From Vicugna vicugna (taxonomy: Eukaryota), in contig MU057584.1 of the NCBI GenBank assembly GCA_013265495.1, forward strand, positions 846,608 through 910,607: DNA of 64,000 bases, in the 5' to 3' direction. The first letter of the stretch is position 1; every line of letters starts with the position of its first letter. The translations under genes were made by a program, and so were the position numbers. The notes below the pieces were generated by a model. It was not told where the DNA came from. It did no database searches and was given only the letters and a program-made list of their open reading frames with translations. Below, one piece after another: positions 38,101 through 52,357 of this stretch.

Positions 38101-40959
38101 GAATGTTCAAATGTGCTGAGGGCTCCTTTTGGTAGCATTGGCCAACCCTGGGGCTGTTTACAGGATGCTCTGAGCAAGCAAAGTTGGTACTGCCACCCCA
38201 GTCCCAATCTTCAGGGCAGAAGGCTGAGGGCTCCCCCTGCCTCCTCCCCATGCAGAGCCAAGCACTCGGGAGCCAGAGCAGAGGTCCTCCTCCTCCTGGA
38301 AGCTCCCTGGGATTGAGCCCCATGGAGAAAGAGTTGTCTTGCCCACTCTAAGCTCTGCGAGCAAGGCACGCACATCTCTGTGTGTGTTTGAGTGAGACTC
38401 TGTGTGTCTATGTGTGTGCATGTGTGTCTGTCTGTCTCCAGGACCGATTTTTCCCTTAGGCACAGAGGGCATGGTGCCAGGGCCCAGTCTAATTTTAGAG
38501 ACCCATGAAAATATTTAATTTCTTTTTAGATGAAAGAAAAACTGAACTTCTAGGTCAAATAAAATGTTTTAATATATGATATATGCCTTTTATAAATGCA
38601 GTCATGAAATGTAATTTTTAAAATGCCTTTATGGAGAAAGAGGCTGATGAACGCAAAATTTCCCAGGACCCATGAAAGCTCTAATGTGATCCTGTGTGTC
38701 TCTGTCCTGGGATGTCCGTAGGAGGGTCTACATTTGCAAAGGTCAAGGTGGCTTTGTTTTTAGAACAATATAAGCCCCTACAACATGCCAAGCTTGTTCC
38801 AGGAGTTTTACTGATATTCATTTTACATAATTCTCCCACCAGCCTCATGAACTCGGGGCTACTCTGACCTCCTTTCCCAGGCAAGGAAATGGAGGCTCCA
38901 GACATCAACAGCCCAAGTTCACCCAGCCACTCAATGGTGGGGCCAGAATGTAAGCTTAGGGGACCTAGGTTCTGGGTCTGCCTGTCCGGTGGGGTAAATG
39001 CCCAGCATCCACATAAGTGTGACATACATAACTCACTTAATAATTTAAAGCACAGGCTCTGAAGCCCCATGAGCTACATTCCTATCCCAGCTCGGCCACT
39101 AATTGGCTGTGTGACTCTAGGCAACTGACTTCACCTCTCTGGGCCTCCGTTTTCTTGCCTGTAAAATGATAGTACCTACTTTGTAGGAATGTTGTGAGAA
39201 TTAAGCCCATTAATGTGAGTGCTCAGAGGAATTAATTCTTGTTCTTGTATGTAAAGAGCATCCACGAGCATCTGTTGCGAAGGTATGTGTATTGGTAACC
39301 GGGTGAAGGTGTGTTTGGGTGTGCAGGTGTGTGTGTGTGTGTGCACATGCATGCTGTTTCTCGGTTTGGCCGTGTGTGTTGTGGCTTATGGGTGAATGTC
39401 TGAATGCCTGAGTGTGACCCGAGTGTGAGTACGTACTGGCAGCTGTGTGGATGTGTGGGCCACCTGTGTCAGGGTGTCAAGGTCTTTGGGCAGCCAGGGT
39501 AGGTATTTGTGTGTCTCCTTTATTCCGTGGGAGAGGAGATGAGGGGCTTGGACAGAACAGGAATGAGGGGTCACTCCCTGTCTGATGCTGGGGCCGAGTC
39601 ACTGCTTGGTGGTGGTTGCTGTGTCATCTCCTAGTCCCTGTCCTTACTGCCAGACTGGTGGCAGACAGAGGGGGCGTGGGGGAACGAGGTGCTTGAGGCT
39701 GGGCCTTTGTCTAGAAACCTCAGCCTCCCTGTATTGCCCCCATGTCCCTCCAGCCTTTCACCTCCCTACCCACTCCCCTCGATTGGGACAGGGAATCAGG
39801 AACCATTCAGACCCTCCTGCTCTGCTTCAGACCTGCTGTGTGACCACGAGCCAGGCCCTCTCCCTCTCTAGACCTGTGGGATTCGAGGACTTTCAAGAGC
39901 TTCTCCCTCTGTGCCCCAAAGGGGCCAGGCTCTGCATTGGGAGGGAAGTGCCAGGAACTCAGGTTTAGGAAGCAGCTAGGGGAAATCTTACCAGTGGGTG
40001 CTTAAGAGTTGGAGGCTGTGGTGCCCAAAATATCCTAATTAGACTCTTGAACTACATTTCCTAACTGGGCGGCCAGGTAAGCAGCTTACCCCTCCGAGCC
40101 TAGGTTATAATATTGTACACTGTTGAGCAGGTAGGGATAGGTTTGCAAAGCTTAGAGCTCCCCACCAATGGAAGTTGTCATTTAAACAACACTAAGGTTT
40201 TTCAGGGAGTTTCACCGAACCAGGCAGCTCTCAGAAGTCAGGAAGAGAAGGGAATTCTGGGTTTGCATTTCTTGCGAAGGAATCTTGGGCAACTCACAAT
40301 CTATCATTTTCCTCTTATAAAATGAAGATTTTTCCTCCTTTAACCTTCCACAGCTGTTCTAAGGATTGCAGATCTTGTATTGAAAGGCTTAGTACAAGAG
40401 CTGACATACAGTAAGTGTTAAATACATGGCATCTATTATTATTATTACTACTACTATTATCATCGTTATCATTATTACTATTATTATTTATCCCCAGTCC
40501 CCCGCAAACATTATTTCTGACTACGGATAAGGAGCGGAAAGCAGAGGCTACCAACACCATCAGCAACTGGGACCCTTCACCCTAAGTTTCATTCCCCAGC
40601 CCCTCCAAACCCACGTACCTCCCAAACGCTGGACCTGGGGAGGCATTAGGGTCCAAGACACACAGCCTTTGTCCATCTGGGAAAAGTGAGAGGTAAACAT
40701 TTTTCAAGCTCTAACAGCGAGTCAGGGTAGAAGCTGGTATAAACCTCGGGACTCCACCCCCACTTCCACTTTCACCTGGAGCATCAGAGCCCCTCCCATC
40801 CGGCCCAGGACTCAGTTTCCCCGCCTATGTGACTACACGACACAAGCCTGGGTCTCTTTTTGGAGATTTGACCTTCCTCTCGAGAGAGGGCGCTGCACCA
40901 CCAGGAGAAATGGGGGGGAGGGATTGCCAGAAGTGAGAGGCACCCTCTACTAGGGTCTT

Positions 40960-41421
40960 CCCCGCCGGGGTCCTCCCCTGGGCCAGGCTAATTGCCTATT
41001 AATACCAGCCCCCGGGGAGGCGCCACGCTGCGCAGGCGCGGGCAGGTTCCGCAGGCGCGAGGGGCGAGCGCGCGAGCGAGCGAGGGATTCCCTCTGACGT
41101 AATTGCTAGGATACCAAACAAACACTCAGCCGCGCCGGCCGAGCTCCTTATATGGCTAATTGCGTCACAGGAACTCCGGGGAGACCAAGCCGGGATCCCC
41201 TCCCGCCGAATGCTCCAGAACGCAGCCCCCAAGACCCCCAAGGCTGTGAGGGGGATGCAGGTGATCAGATCGATGCTAGGGCAGACCTCTTGCCGGACGG
41301 CGCGGGGCCGGGTTCACTAGGGCCGGAGATATTGAGAAGTTTGTGGCGCGCTGGCCGGATGACGTAAGCAGGGGGGCCGGGCCCTGGGTATATAAATACA
41401 GGCTGGCGGTTCTGAGCTTCA
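40960..41421 (+). promoter_or_regulatory. FOSB: FOSB immediate-early promoter
   Basis: CArG/SRE CCTTATATGG at 41146-41155 followed by TGCGTCA at 41161-41167. TGACGTAA at 41095 and 41360, GGGATTCCC at 41084, TATATAAA at 41389-41396. TSS about 41421 (ATTCATAAGACT). Confidence 0.9.
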
Positions 41422-41979
41422 TTCATAAGACTGAAAGCTACGGCCAAGGCAGGGACACGCGGAGCTGGGACTTGATTGTTGTGGTTGTTCTTCTTGGGGG
41501 CTGTGAAATTCGGTTTATTATTTTTTTCCGGAAAGTTTTTGGAAAGCTTCTTCTAGATAATTCTACATTTTATTTTGGAAGATCGACTTACTTTTTTTCT
41601 TCTTCTTTATTACTCCCCTCCCCCCGTGGGACCCGCCGGACGCGTGGAGGGGACCGCACCCGAAGCAGATTCTGTACAGCGGGACAAAGCTTGCCACCTC
41701 TGGGGGAGCGATCCCCCCTCGCCCCTGGTCCTACGGAGCCTGGACTTCCAGGAGGCACAGCGGCATCTTGTGGGGGCCTGGGCTCCGCAAAGGAATTACA
41801 CAGAAACTTTGCCATTGTTGGAGCGGGACGCTACCTTCACCCCGAGTTTCCCCGGACAGCGTACTCTGGGGACGCGCTCGGCTCACCCCGGACTCGCACC
41901 TTTCTTCTCCCACCCGGCCATAGCCTTGGCTTCCCGGCGACCTCAGCGTGGTCACAGGGGTCCCCCTGTGCCCAGGGAA

Positions 41980-42105
41980 ATGTTTCAAGCTTTCCCCGGA
42001 GACTACGACTCCGGCTCCCGGTGCAGCTCCTCACCCTCTGCCGAGTCTCAGTATCTGTCTTCGGTGGACTCCTTCGGCAGTCCACCCACCGCCGCCGCCT
42101 CCCAG
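41980..42105 (+). CDS. FOSB: FosB exon 1, coding part (MFQAFPGDYDSGSRCSSSPS...AAASQ)
   Basis: 126 nt, donor CAG|GTAAG. FosB N-terminus. Confidence 0.99.
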
Positions 42106-44025
42106 GTAAGGTCCAGAGGGTCGGGGTGCTGCTTTGTGTTTATACAGTTTTTAAAGGCAAGGGGGGGAGAGAGTAATACCCCCACCCCAAATAAAGTAGC
42201 GTCAAAACCCAAGATCTGAGAGGGAATAGGCTCACGGCGCACTTTGCAAACTGCTGAGTCCAGACGTACTTGCAATTGGTTGTGTGCGTGGAGCGCAGGG
42301 AGGGAACACAGAGGGGTAGGCTTTGGGGGTGGGGAGAGTGAGCTGTTTCATGCAACGTGTATGCGGTAGCAGGGGTAAGAACTTTAAGCCAGCTCGGGGA
42401 CGGCTCCCTACTCAGGTCACCAACCTGAAGCTAGCGCAGTTAAGCAGGTGGGGGAAATCCCGGAGAAGCTTTCAGTAGCCTCCTCTCTTTTCCTCCTCCA
42501 TCCGAGCGCCTACTCCAGCGCCAGGTCACCCTCTACCCAGCGGGAAGGCGGGCCTCGAACCCTTGGTCACGCAGCCTCCGCCTCCTGCGCGGAGACGTAA
42601 CGGGGGACCCGTGCGTAACGGCTGACGCGCTGGAATCCTCCGTCTGACGCGGGGCACGCACGGCGCGTGGCGCCCCCTTCGTCCGCCCCGCCCCTGACGT
42701 CCCGGGAGCGTTCTATTTTGGAACGCCGGGGCCACGTTGCTAAGGGAGGGGGCAGTCCGGCGTTCCGATTGGCCGTCGCGGCAAGAGCTTCGGCCAATCA
42801 ACTTTCCCTTCCTATTTGTAGGGCGCAGTTTCCTTCCCCCAGTTCGTCCCCGGAACCCGTGGTTCTTCAGCGTTAGGGTCTCTTTTATGGGCTTCTAGAG
42901 GCTGAGCGAGAGGATTCCAATCGCGAAAGGAGCGATCCGCTGCGAAACAATGAGTCCGCACGGACCTTGCAAAGATCCTGTCCCTCCGCTCTCTGGGTCA
43001 GAGGGTGTCTGTGTGTCGGGATTTCTTTGGGAGACATGGTGACCGTCACCCGCTTCTCCAGGCACACACAGGCATATTCCCACTCCCTCTACTCCGGACG
43101 CCCGGTGTCTCCGGCGTGTCTGAAGACGGGACTAGAACCGCTAACCCTAGGGGAACCAGCCAGGTGGTCTCCTGGAGCCCCGCCCCCTCTGGATTTCCAG
43201 GACGTTGATTGGCCACCGTGCCAGCCCATCCCTCACCACGCCCCCTGGGAGAGTAGTTAAGCCTTCCGAGCAGTTCTAGGATTACATTTGGGGGGTGGGG
43301 GGAGATGAGCGCTGCTTGGGCTTGGGGTCTCAGGACCTACACCGTTCCCCCTCCGCTGCAGTCTAAGGGAGCCCGGCTCCTCACTTTCTCTACTTGTCTG
43401 CTCATCGTAACCTGTCACTTATCAGTCTCACTCTGGGGAGAGACAATTACTTGAAACGTTGTTCTAAACTCCTAGGCCCGTCCCCCAACACCCTTTTAAC
43501 TGGGACCCCCGCCCCTGCATGGGGTCTCATGGACCCTCCCAATCCCTCATCCCTTTGCTCAGAGGGGTGTGTATCTGTGTGTGAGTGTAGAGGAAGGCTT
43601 GGCCTAAGGCCTCTCCCTCTCCCTCCCCTTGCCTCTGGGGTGGGGGTGGGGTGTTGTGGCTGTGTGTGTGGCTGTGACTCCATCCCGGGGGTTCTGTCAC
43701 CGGCTGTGTCCAGCCTCCTCCCCACCCCCCACACCTAAGAGTCACCAACCCGGGGTGTGATTCACCACCCGCTGGAACCGTGCAACCTTTCCCCGAGGAA
43801 GAAGGAGGAGGTAGAAGCCAGTTGCACAGAAATCCTCTCATTAACCACTGCGTCACGGTGTAGTGGAAGGGTGGGTGTTGTGGCTTTTTGCCTGTGACAC
43901 ACACATCCACACCCGCTCGCCCTGTGCTCACTCACGGGGTCGGTGTGTGTATGTGTGTTGGGTGTGTGTGTGTCGGTGTCTCTGTTTGTGTGTCTACGCC
44001 TGTGTGTGTATGTGTCACCCCGTAG

Positions 44026-44835
<810 letters not shown>

Positions 44836-45482
44836 TAGATACAGACGGGGTCACCCATCTCACACACGCAGACCCTCACTCCTGGCCACTCCCTGTCCTG
44901 GTTTATGACCTCCTCGCCTCGCCCCCCTACCAGTCTCCTGGTCTTCGTTTCATCCTGAGGGGACATATGAGTGACCTTTAATAGAGGACAGCTCCAGTCA
45001 TTTCCTCTTTTTTGGTCTTGGGAAAGCGAGAACCCATTTTTGCCTCAGTTTCTCCATCTCTTCAGCCCCTCTTGGAATCTCCCAGGTTCCTTGTAGCTTT
45101 CACATCCTGGAGAGTATGTGAAATGAAATCCTTTAATCCTACGTCAATTCCCCATCACCTGCCCCAGCCACCTGTAGTTCTCAGGTCTTGAGCTGATGGC
45201 CTCTACCCAGGTTCTCCTCTAATTTTATGCCCAACCTCAGCCAGAGAGTTTTCTACCTTATGCTTGCAGGGTGACCTGTTACCGTTTAAGGAAATCAGGG
45301 AAAGCTACTTTCCTGGGCTATCTGGTCTTTATCCTGGGAGGCAGAGGCGGAAGGGTCACAGAGGGGAATAGGTGGCCTTAGAAACAAATAACGATCATTG
45401 ATTCATTCAACAAACCTCTGAATGCATCTTGCAACCAGAGACTTCCCATGTATACCTGGTCCTTTCCCAACCATCCACTTGA

Positions 45483-46172
<690 letters not shown>

Positions 46173-48300
46173 ACTCTTTAGACACAAAACAAACAAACAC
46201 ACAAGGGAGAGAGATTTGGAAGAGGAGGAGGAGGAGAGAGAGGGAAAGAGACAAAGCCGGTGTGTGGCCTCCCTGCCTCTCCTGTCGGACCCTCTGCTAC
46301 CACTGCCATCGGACAGGAGGACTTCCTTGTGCTTTGTGCTGCCTCTTGTTTCTCTGGCCTGGCGAGGCCAGAGAGCTGGTGACTTTGGGGACAGGGGATA
46401 GGGAGGGGATGGACACCCCCAGCTGCCGGTTGGCTCACTCACTTCAACCCAAGCTCTGGGGATGGGGTGGGGGGTGGGGGGTGATGCCCACCTTCGGGCA
46501 AGAGGGAACGGGGTGCAGGCGGTGGGCGGTGGGGTGGGCTGGAGTCCTTTCCAGAGAAGCCTAACAAGGAAACGCCACAGAGCTCCCCCACCCAGGGTCG
46601 CCCACACCCACCCTTCAAGGGGTAACCAGGCTGGTTCTCCCTGCTCCCCCGACCTTAGCCTATGTATCCAACATTTCCATGTGGTTAGAGCTTCCTCTGA
46701 ATTGAGCCCCCCTTTAAAGGGAAGCTGATGCTCCCCTATGATAATCTCCTTCCCCCCACCCAGACTTAGTCTGAAATGTGAACCTCCCTCCCTGACCGTC
46801 CAGCTGCTCTTCCCAGCAAAACTGGCTCTGGTTTAAAACTCCCGCCTCCTAAGGATGCCCCACGTTCAAACCCCAGCCCTCCGGTCTGATTACAGTATTA
46901 TTCCCCTCTCCCCACCTTCAGCCTCCCCTCCTGGCCTTCCTTGTTGGGCCTCTCTGATTCAGGCAGCAGGGGGCGATGTGATGCCTGACCTGCTGGAGAG
47001 TTTTATACTGTGAAATGAGTTGGCCGGATCGTGGGGGGAGAGAACTCTTGCGGAGGGATTGTACCCCTACTCCCCAAAGCCTTTCCGTGGTTTCCCCTAC
47101 CCTCCCACCACATGCCTCCTTCCTCCCCTCAGAGTGAGTTAGACTCAAGGGGGTGACAGAATGGAGAGGGGTGTGACCGTTATCCATCCGCGTGGCCCCT
47201 CTTCTCCCCCCAGACCAATCCCTGGCCTTTTTCTGCAAGGTCTGGAACCCCAACCCAGCCTAGGACGCCAACTTCTCCCTCCCCTCGGCACCCCACATCC
47301 TTTCTAGAAAGGAAGCAGGGGAGATTGCCAGAGGGCCCGACATCTGTCTGGAGATTGAAAGGCTGAGGCTTTGGCCCCCACCCTCCATATTTTTGGACTG
47401 GCAAACTCGAAGGGGCTGGGCTCCCGCCACCCCAGCTTCCCCCCAGCCCCAGCCCCGATTCTTGGTTTTGGCTCCTGCACCCCGCCTTCCCTTGTGCTTC
47501 AACTCATGAGAATTTTATCATGAGGCCAATGGATTTTTTTTTTAATATCGGGTGGGTCACGCCGCCCTCCGTGCTGCATGGAAAACATTCCACCGCCCCG
47601 TCCCGCGGCTCCCGCCCCGAACCCAGCCCCACTCCTGTGCCTATTTATCCATTTCCTGGTTTCCGAAAGGCACTTATATCTATTATGTATAAATAAATAT
47701 ATTATATATGGGTGTGTGTGTGCGCGTGTGAGTGTGTGAGCGCTTCTGCAACCTTGGCCTAGGTCACGTTGGCCCTCAAAGCCATGCCATTGAATTGGAA
47801 ACACTGCTTCTGGAGACTTTGAGACAGCTTGTCTCTGGCTGTCTCTCTCTGTAGCTGTCTCTTTTCTAACTGTCTCGGCCCTTCTGGTTGTTTCTGGCCG
47901 TCTCTGGCTGCCTCCTTCCCGCTCCGTCTTTCCTTGTCCTGTCTTTACCAGACCTTTTCCATCTGTCTCCGTCCTGAGGTCCCTGATCCTCCAGCCGTCT
48001 CCCAACTCTGGGTTCGTTGGGGACCTGAGATTTTATTTTTGTGAGTAAGCCTGAGGGATTATAGATTTTCACAATCTGTATCTTTGAGAATTCTGGGTGT
48101 GAGTGTGAGACTGTGAGCAGGGCCTGCCCCTGCAGACCACCATTTATTGACTCCCCAACCCCCACCCCCATGCTGTATTTGTGATTTTCTTTGTATTTTG
48201 CACCTGACGCCCGGGGGGTGCTGGGGCTGGCTGGCACTGGGCTGCTACCCTCCCCCTCGTGGTTCTGCACTGTCGCCAATAAAAAGCTCTTAAAAATGCA
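46173..48300 (+). other. FOSB: FOSB 3'UTR
   Basis: Runs from the stop codon to just past AATAAA. AU-rich block at about 47675-47710. Confidence 0.85.
48278..48283 (+). terminator. FOSB: FOSB polyadenylation signal
   Basis: AATAAA followed by a GT/T-rich downstream element (GGTTCTGTTT). Confidence 0.85.
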
Positions 48301-48398
48301 TCCATCAAGCTTCAGGTTCTGTTTACTCCTGAAACCCATTACCTTCCTCCCTTTCTTCCTTTCAGCATGAAGGAGTGAGGTTAGATTGCTGTGGGACT

Positions 48399-48425
48399 AC
48401 ACACACACACACACACACACACACA
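48399..48425. repeat. (CA)n microsatellite
   Basis: Directly visible. Confidence 0.95.
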
Positions 48426-49514
48426 GGAAATCCTACCGGTGAATCAGCCTACAGCAGGATGGAGGGACTCTAGACAGTCAGGAGAACTTCCAATACACAC
48501 AGGCTGTGCCTCCTCCTAGAAGAAGTAAGGAGGCAGAAGGTGGGTGATACTGAAGTGCTAAAGGGTCAGGAAGGCTTCCTGGTGAGGGAAGAACTTATGC
48601 TTGACCCTGTAATGCTATGGGGATGGCCTGAGCAAAGGTTAGAAAAAGAAGTTGAACTACAGAGGACTATTTTGAGATGGTCCCAGGAGTCCTCAGGCTT
48701 ATATGAACCAAAAAAACATGGATCATGTTTCAGTAAAGATGCATTTCCTTTTGCTTTTCACATGATCACTTCTTCTGAATTAGGAACATACTGGAGACAA
48801 CCCGAGGCTGACTAAGCCAAAAATATTGCCACTTCGTCCAAAGATACAGCTGAGCCATCCCCATGGCAAGCTCCAAGCCCACTCATTTGCAAAGGAGCAA
48901 GCATTCTGGGAACTGAAGTAATTGTCCAGAGGTCAGAAGTCTTAGTAAATGAATAAGCATGGGAATTCATCATGATGGAATGAATTACTTACTTAATTCA
49001 AAAATTTTGCTAAGTATCTACTGTGTGCCCACCCCCATGCTGGGCATTGTTAGGGACACCGCCGAGACTGAGACAGCCCCAGGCTCCCCTCTCCTAGGGT
49101 TCAGAGTCAACTGGGGGACACAGACTTGTTCCCTGTCAGGGACATCCAAAGTGGGCAGTTTTGGGGAAGTCCATGGGACTTGGGGGGCCCAAGAGGGAAC
49201 CTAACCTGGTCTGGGAGTCAGGAAAGACTTCCTAGAGGAGGGGATAGCTAAGCTGAGTCCTAGAGGATAGAGGGTAGAAAAGGGACTAGAAAAAGGCTGA
49301 GTCTAATGAAATAGGGAGTCTGAAGAGCTGTTAAGTGGAAAGAGAGCTTGATACATTGAGGGAGTTGGAGGTTCACCATGGCTAGGACAAAAGGTGTGAA
49401 GAGAGGGGTTAGCAGGGACCAGATTCTGCATGCTAAAATCCCAGACTAAGAGTTTAGATCTTCTCTTGAGGGCACTGGGGAGCTATGGCAAGTTATGAGT
49501 CCTAGAAGGTCAGG

Positions 49515-50925
49515 GACAGCCAGTTAATCTTTGGAAAAGGAGGCAAGAATATACAACGCAGAAAGGACAGTCTCCTGAGCAAGTGTTGTTGGGAGAGCTG
49601 GACAGCTGCCTGTAAATCAGTGATGTCAGACACACACTTGCACCATACACAAAAATAAAATCAAAGTGGCTTAAAGACTTAAACATAAGACAAGACACCA
49701 TAAGCCTCCTAGAAGAAAACATAGGCAAAAGATTCTCTGACAAATCATAGCAATGTTCTCCTAGGGCAGTCTACCCAGGCAATAGAAATAAGAGCAAAAA
49801 TAAATAAATGGGACCTAATTAAACTTATAAGCTTTGGCACAGCAAAGGAAACCATAAGCAAAACAAAATGACAACCGAAAGAATGGAATAAAATATTTGC
49901 AAAAATGATGCGACTGATAAAGGTTTAATTTCCGGAATATATAAACAGCTCATACACCTTAGTAACAAAAAAACCAGTCTAATCCAAAAATGGGCAGAAG
50001 ACCTAAACAGACATTTCTCCAGTGAAGACATACAAATGGCCAAGAGGCACATGAAAAAATGCTCAGTATCACTAATTATCAGAGAAATGCAAATCAAAAC
50101 TACAATGAGGTATCACCTCACACCAGCCAGAATGGCCATCATGAAAAAGTTCACAAACAATAAAAATAAATGCTGGGTGTGGAGAAAAGGGAACCCTCTA
50201 TACTGTTGGTGGGAATGTAGTTTGGTGCAGCCATTATGGAAAACAGTACAGAGATTCCTGAAAAAATTGAAAGTAGACTTACTATATGATCCAGCAATTC
50301 CAATCCTGGGTATATATCCAAAGGAAGCTCTAATTCAAAAAGATACATGCACCTCAATGTTCATAGCAGCCACAATTACAATAGGCAAGACATGGAAGCA
50401 ACCTAAATGTCCATCGACAGATGACTGAATAAAGAGATGTGGTGTATATATACAATGGAATACTACTCAGCCATAAAAAATAAAATAATGCCATTTGCAG
50501 CAACATGGGATTGATCTGGAGATCATCATACTAAGTGAAGTAAGCCAGAGAAAGGAAAACACCATGTGATATCACTTATATGTGGAATCTAAAAAAAAGG
50601 ACACAAATGAACTTATTTACAAAACAGAAAGAGACAGATTTAAAAAACAAACTTATGGTTACTGGGGGGAAGGGGGTGGGAAGGGATAAAGTGGGAGTTC
50701 GGGATTTGCAGATACTAACTATACAAAATAGATAAACAACAGTGTTCTATTGTATAGCACAAGGAAATATATTCAATATCTTGTATGAAACCTACAATGA
50801 AAAAGAATATGAAAAGGAATATATGTATGTATATGTATGACTGAAACATGATGCCATATAGCAGAAATTGGCACGACATTGTAAACTGACTAGATAGACT
50901 TCAACAAAAAAAAATTTTTTTTAAA
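49515..50925 (+). mobile_element. 5'-truncated LINE-1 (ORF2 C-terminus plus 3'UTR), degenerate
   Basis: Translation [25 protein letters not shown]...CWWEC.LVQPLWK (ORF2 cysteine-rich domain), followed by 3'UTR and A tail. Confidence 0.93.
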
Positions 50926-51299
50926 AAGAAAGGAACGGGTGTGTGCTGTAGGAAGACTCCTCTAGCTGCCAAGTTGAGAGTAGCTGGGACAGAAAAGGGC
51001 AAGGATAAGGCGGAAGACCAGGGAGGAGGCTGAGGTGAGGAAACTGAGGTGTGAGGGGGAGCCAGGAACAGGACCAGGGCTGTGGGACAGAGAGGAGGGG
51101 AAGGGTTCAAAAGACATTTAGACCACCTTAAAGAATTAGAAAAAGAGGAACAAACAAAACCTAAAGTCAGCAGAAGGAAAGAAATGATAAAGATCAGGGA
51201 GGAAATAAATAAAAGGGAAATTTTAAAAAATAGAAAAAAATCAATAAAACCAAGAGCTGGCTTTTTGAAAGAGTAAATGAAATCGACAAACCTCTGGCT

Positions 51300-51890
51300 A
51301 TATGCTAGGCATTTCCAACAATATTTTTGTTGAAACACTTTCTGGGTTTTATTTATGTTATTTGCAAATGTATGTTTCTGGATGGGGCTTGGATTTCTGC
51401 TGAAGTTTATTTTATCCGTGATGTATTTTTTAAAAATTATTTTCATACAGAGGAAAGTCTTCTATTTATTTTTGAAGTATTTCAGTGAAAACTTCGTGTA
51501 GGTCTGAAGCCATCTTTTGAAATGTATTTTCTTCATTGCCGGTTCACTGAGTCATCCCATGAAAGCTTTCTTTTGCTTCCTACAAATACATGCTTATCCC
51601 CTAAGGGATGCCTTTTAGTCATTGTGGACACGTTATTTAGTAAGTGAATGTCTCTGTTTTCTGTCTTACAAAAAACTTGTCTGTGTGCCCTTTCGTACTG
51701 ACTTTTGTGTAGGATGAGAGTCCTTGGGTCACTGTGCAGTGGTCTGAAGAATTGTTCCCCCCCAACCCCAAGCAAGCCCTGTTGCTGTGTATGAGCGGCT
51801 GAGCTCTTTTTGTAAAATAACCTAAACCTGTTATTTCCATGCTGTCAAATTAGTCAGAGATTCAGGGTCCTTAAAACACACACACACACA
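51300..51890 (+). other. Non-L1 insert inside L1 ORF2 (possible truncated retrocopy of a 3'UTR)
   Basis: T-rich sequence interrupting A-rich L1, flanked by CTCTGGCT repeats and ending in AAAA(CA)n. Confidence 0.6.
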
Positions 51891-52107
51891 ACTCTGGCTG
51901 TGCTCACCAAAAATAAAAGAGAGAGGACCCAAATAAACAAGATAAGAAATGAAAGGGGAGAAATTACAACCAATACCACAGAAATACAAAAAAAAATAAA
52001 AGAGTACTACGAAAAATTATATGCCAACAAACTGGACAACCTAGAAGAAATGGACAGGTTTCTAGAAACATACAGTCCACCAAAACAGAATCAAGAAGAA
52101 ACAGATA

Positions 52108-52357
52108 GGGAGTGGGAAGGGATAAACTGGGATTTCAAAATGTAGAATAGATAAACAAGATTATACTATATAGCACAGGGAAATATATACACGATCTTAC
52201 GGTAGCTCAGAGAGAAAAAAATGTGACAATGAATATATATATGTTCATCTATAACTGAAAAATTGTGCTCTACACTGGAATTTGACACAACATTGTAAAA
52301 TGATTATAAATCAATAAAAAATGTTAAAAAAAACAAAGAGAAATAGGGAAAAAAAGG
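52108..52357 (+). mobile_element. Short L1 3'-end inserted into older L1 ORF2
   Basis: 13-bp TSD GAAGAAACAGATA at 52095-52107 and 52358-52370, with AATAAA and an A tail. Confidence 0.88.

Noticed and set aside
41343..42176. 277-aa ORF over the FOSB promoter and exon 1
   Set aside because: Starts upstream of the TATA box/TSS, out of frame with FosB, and has no ATG start.
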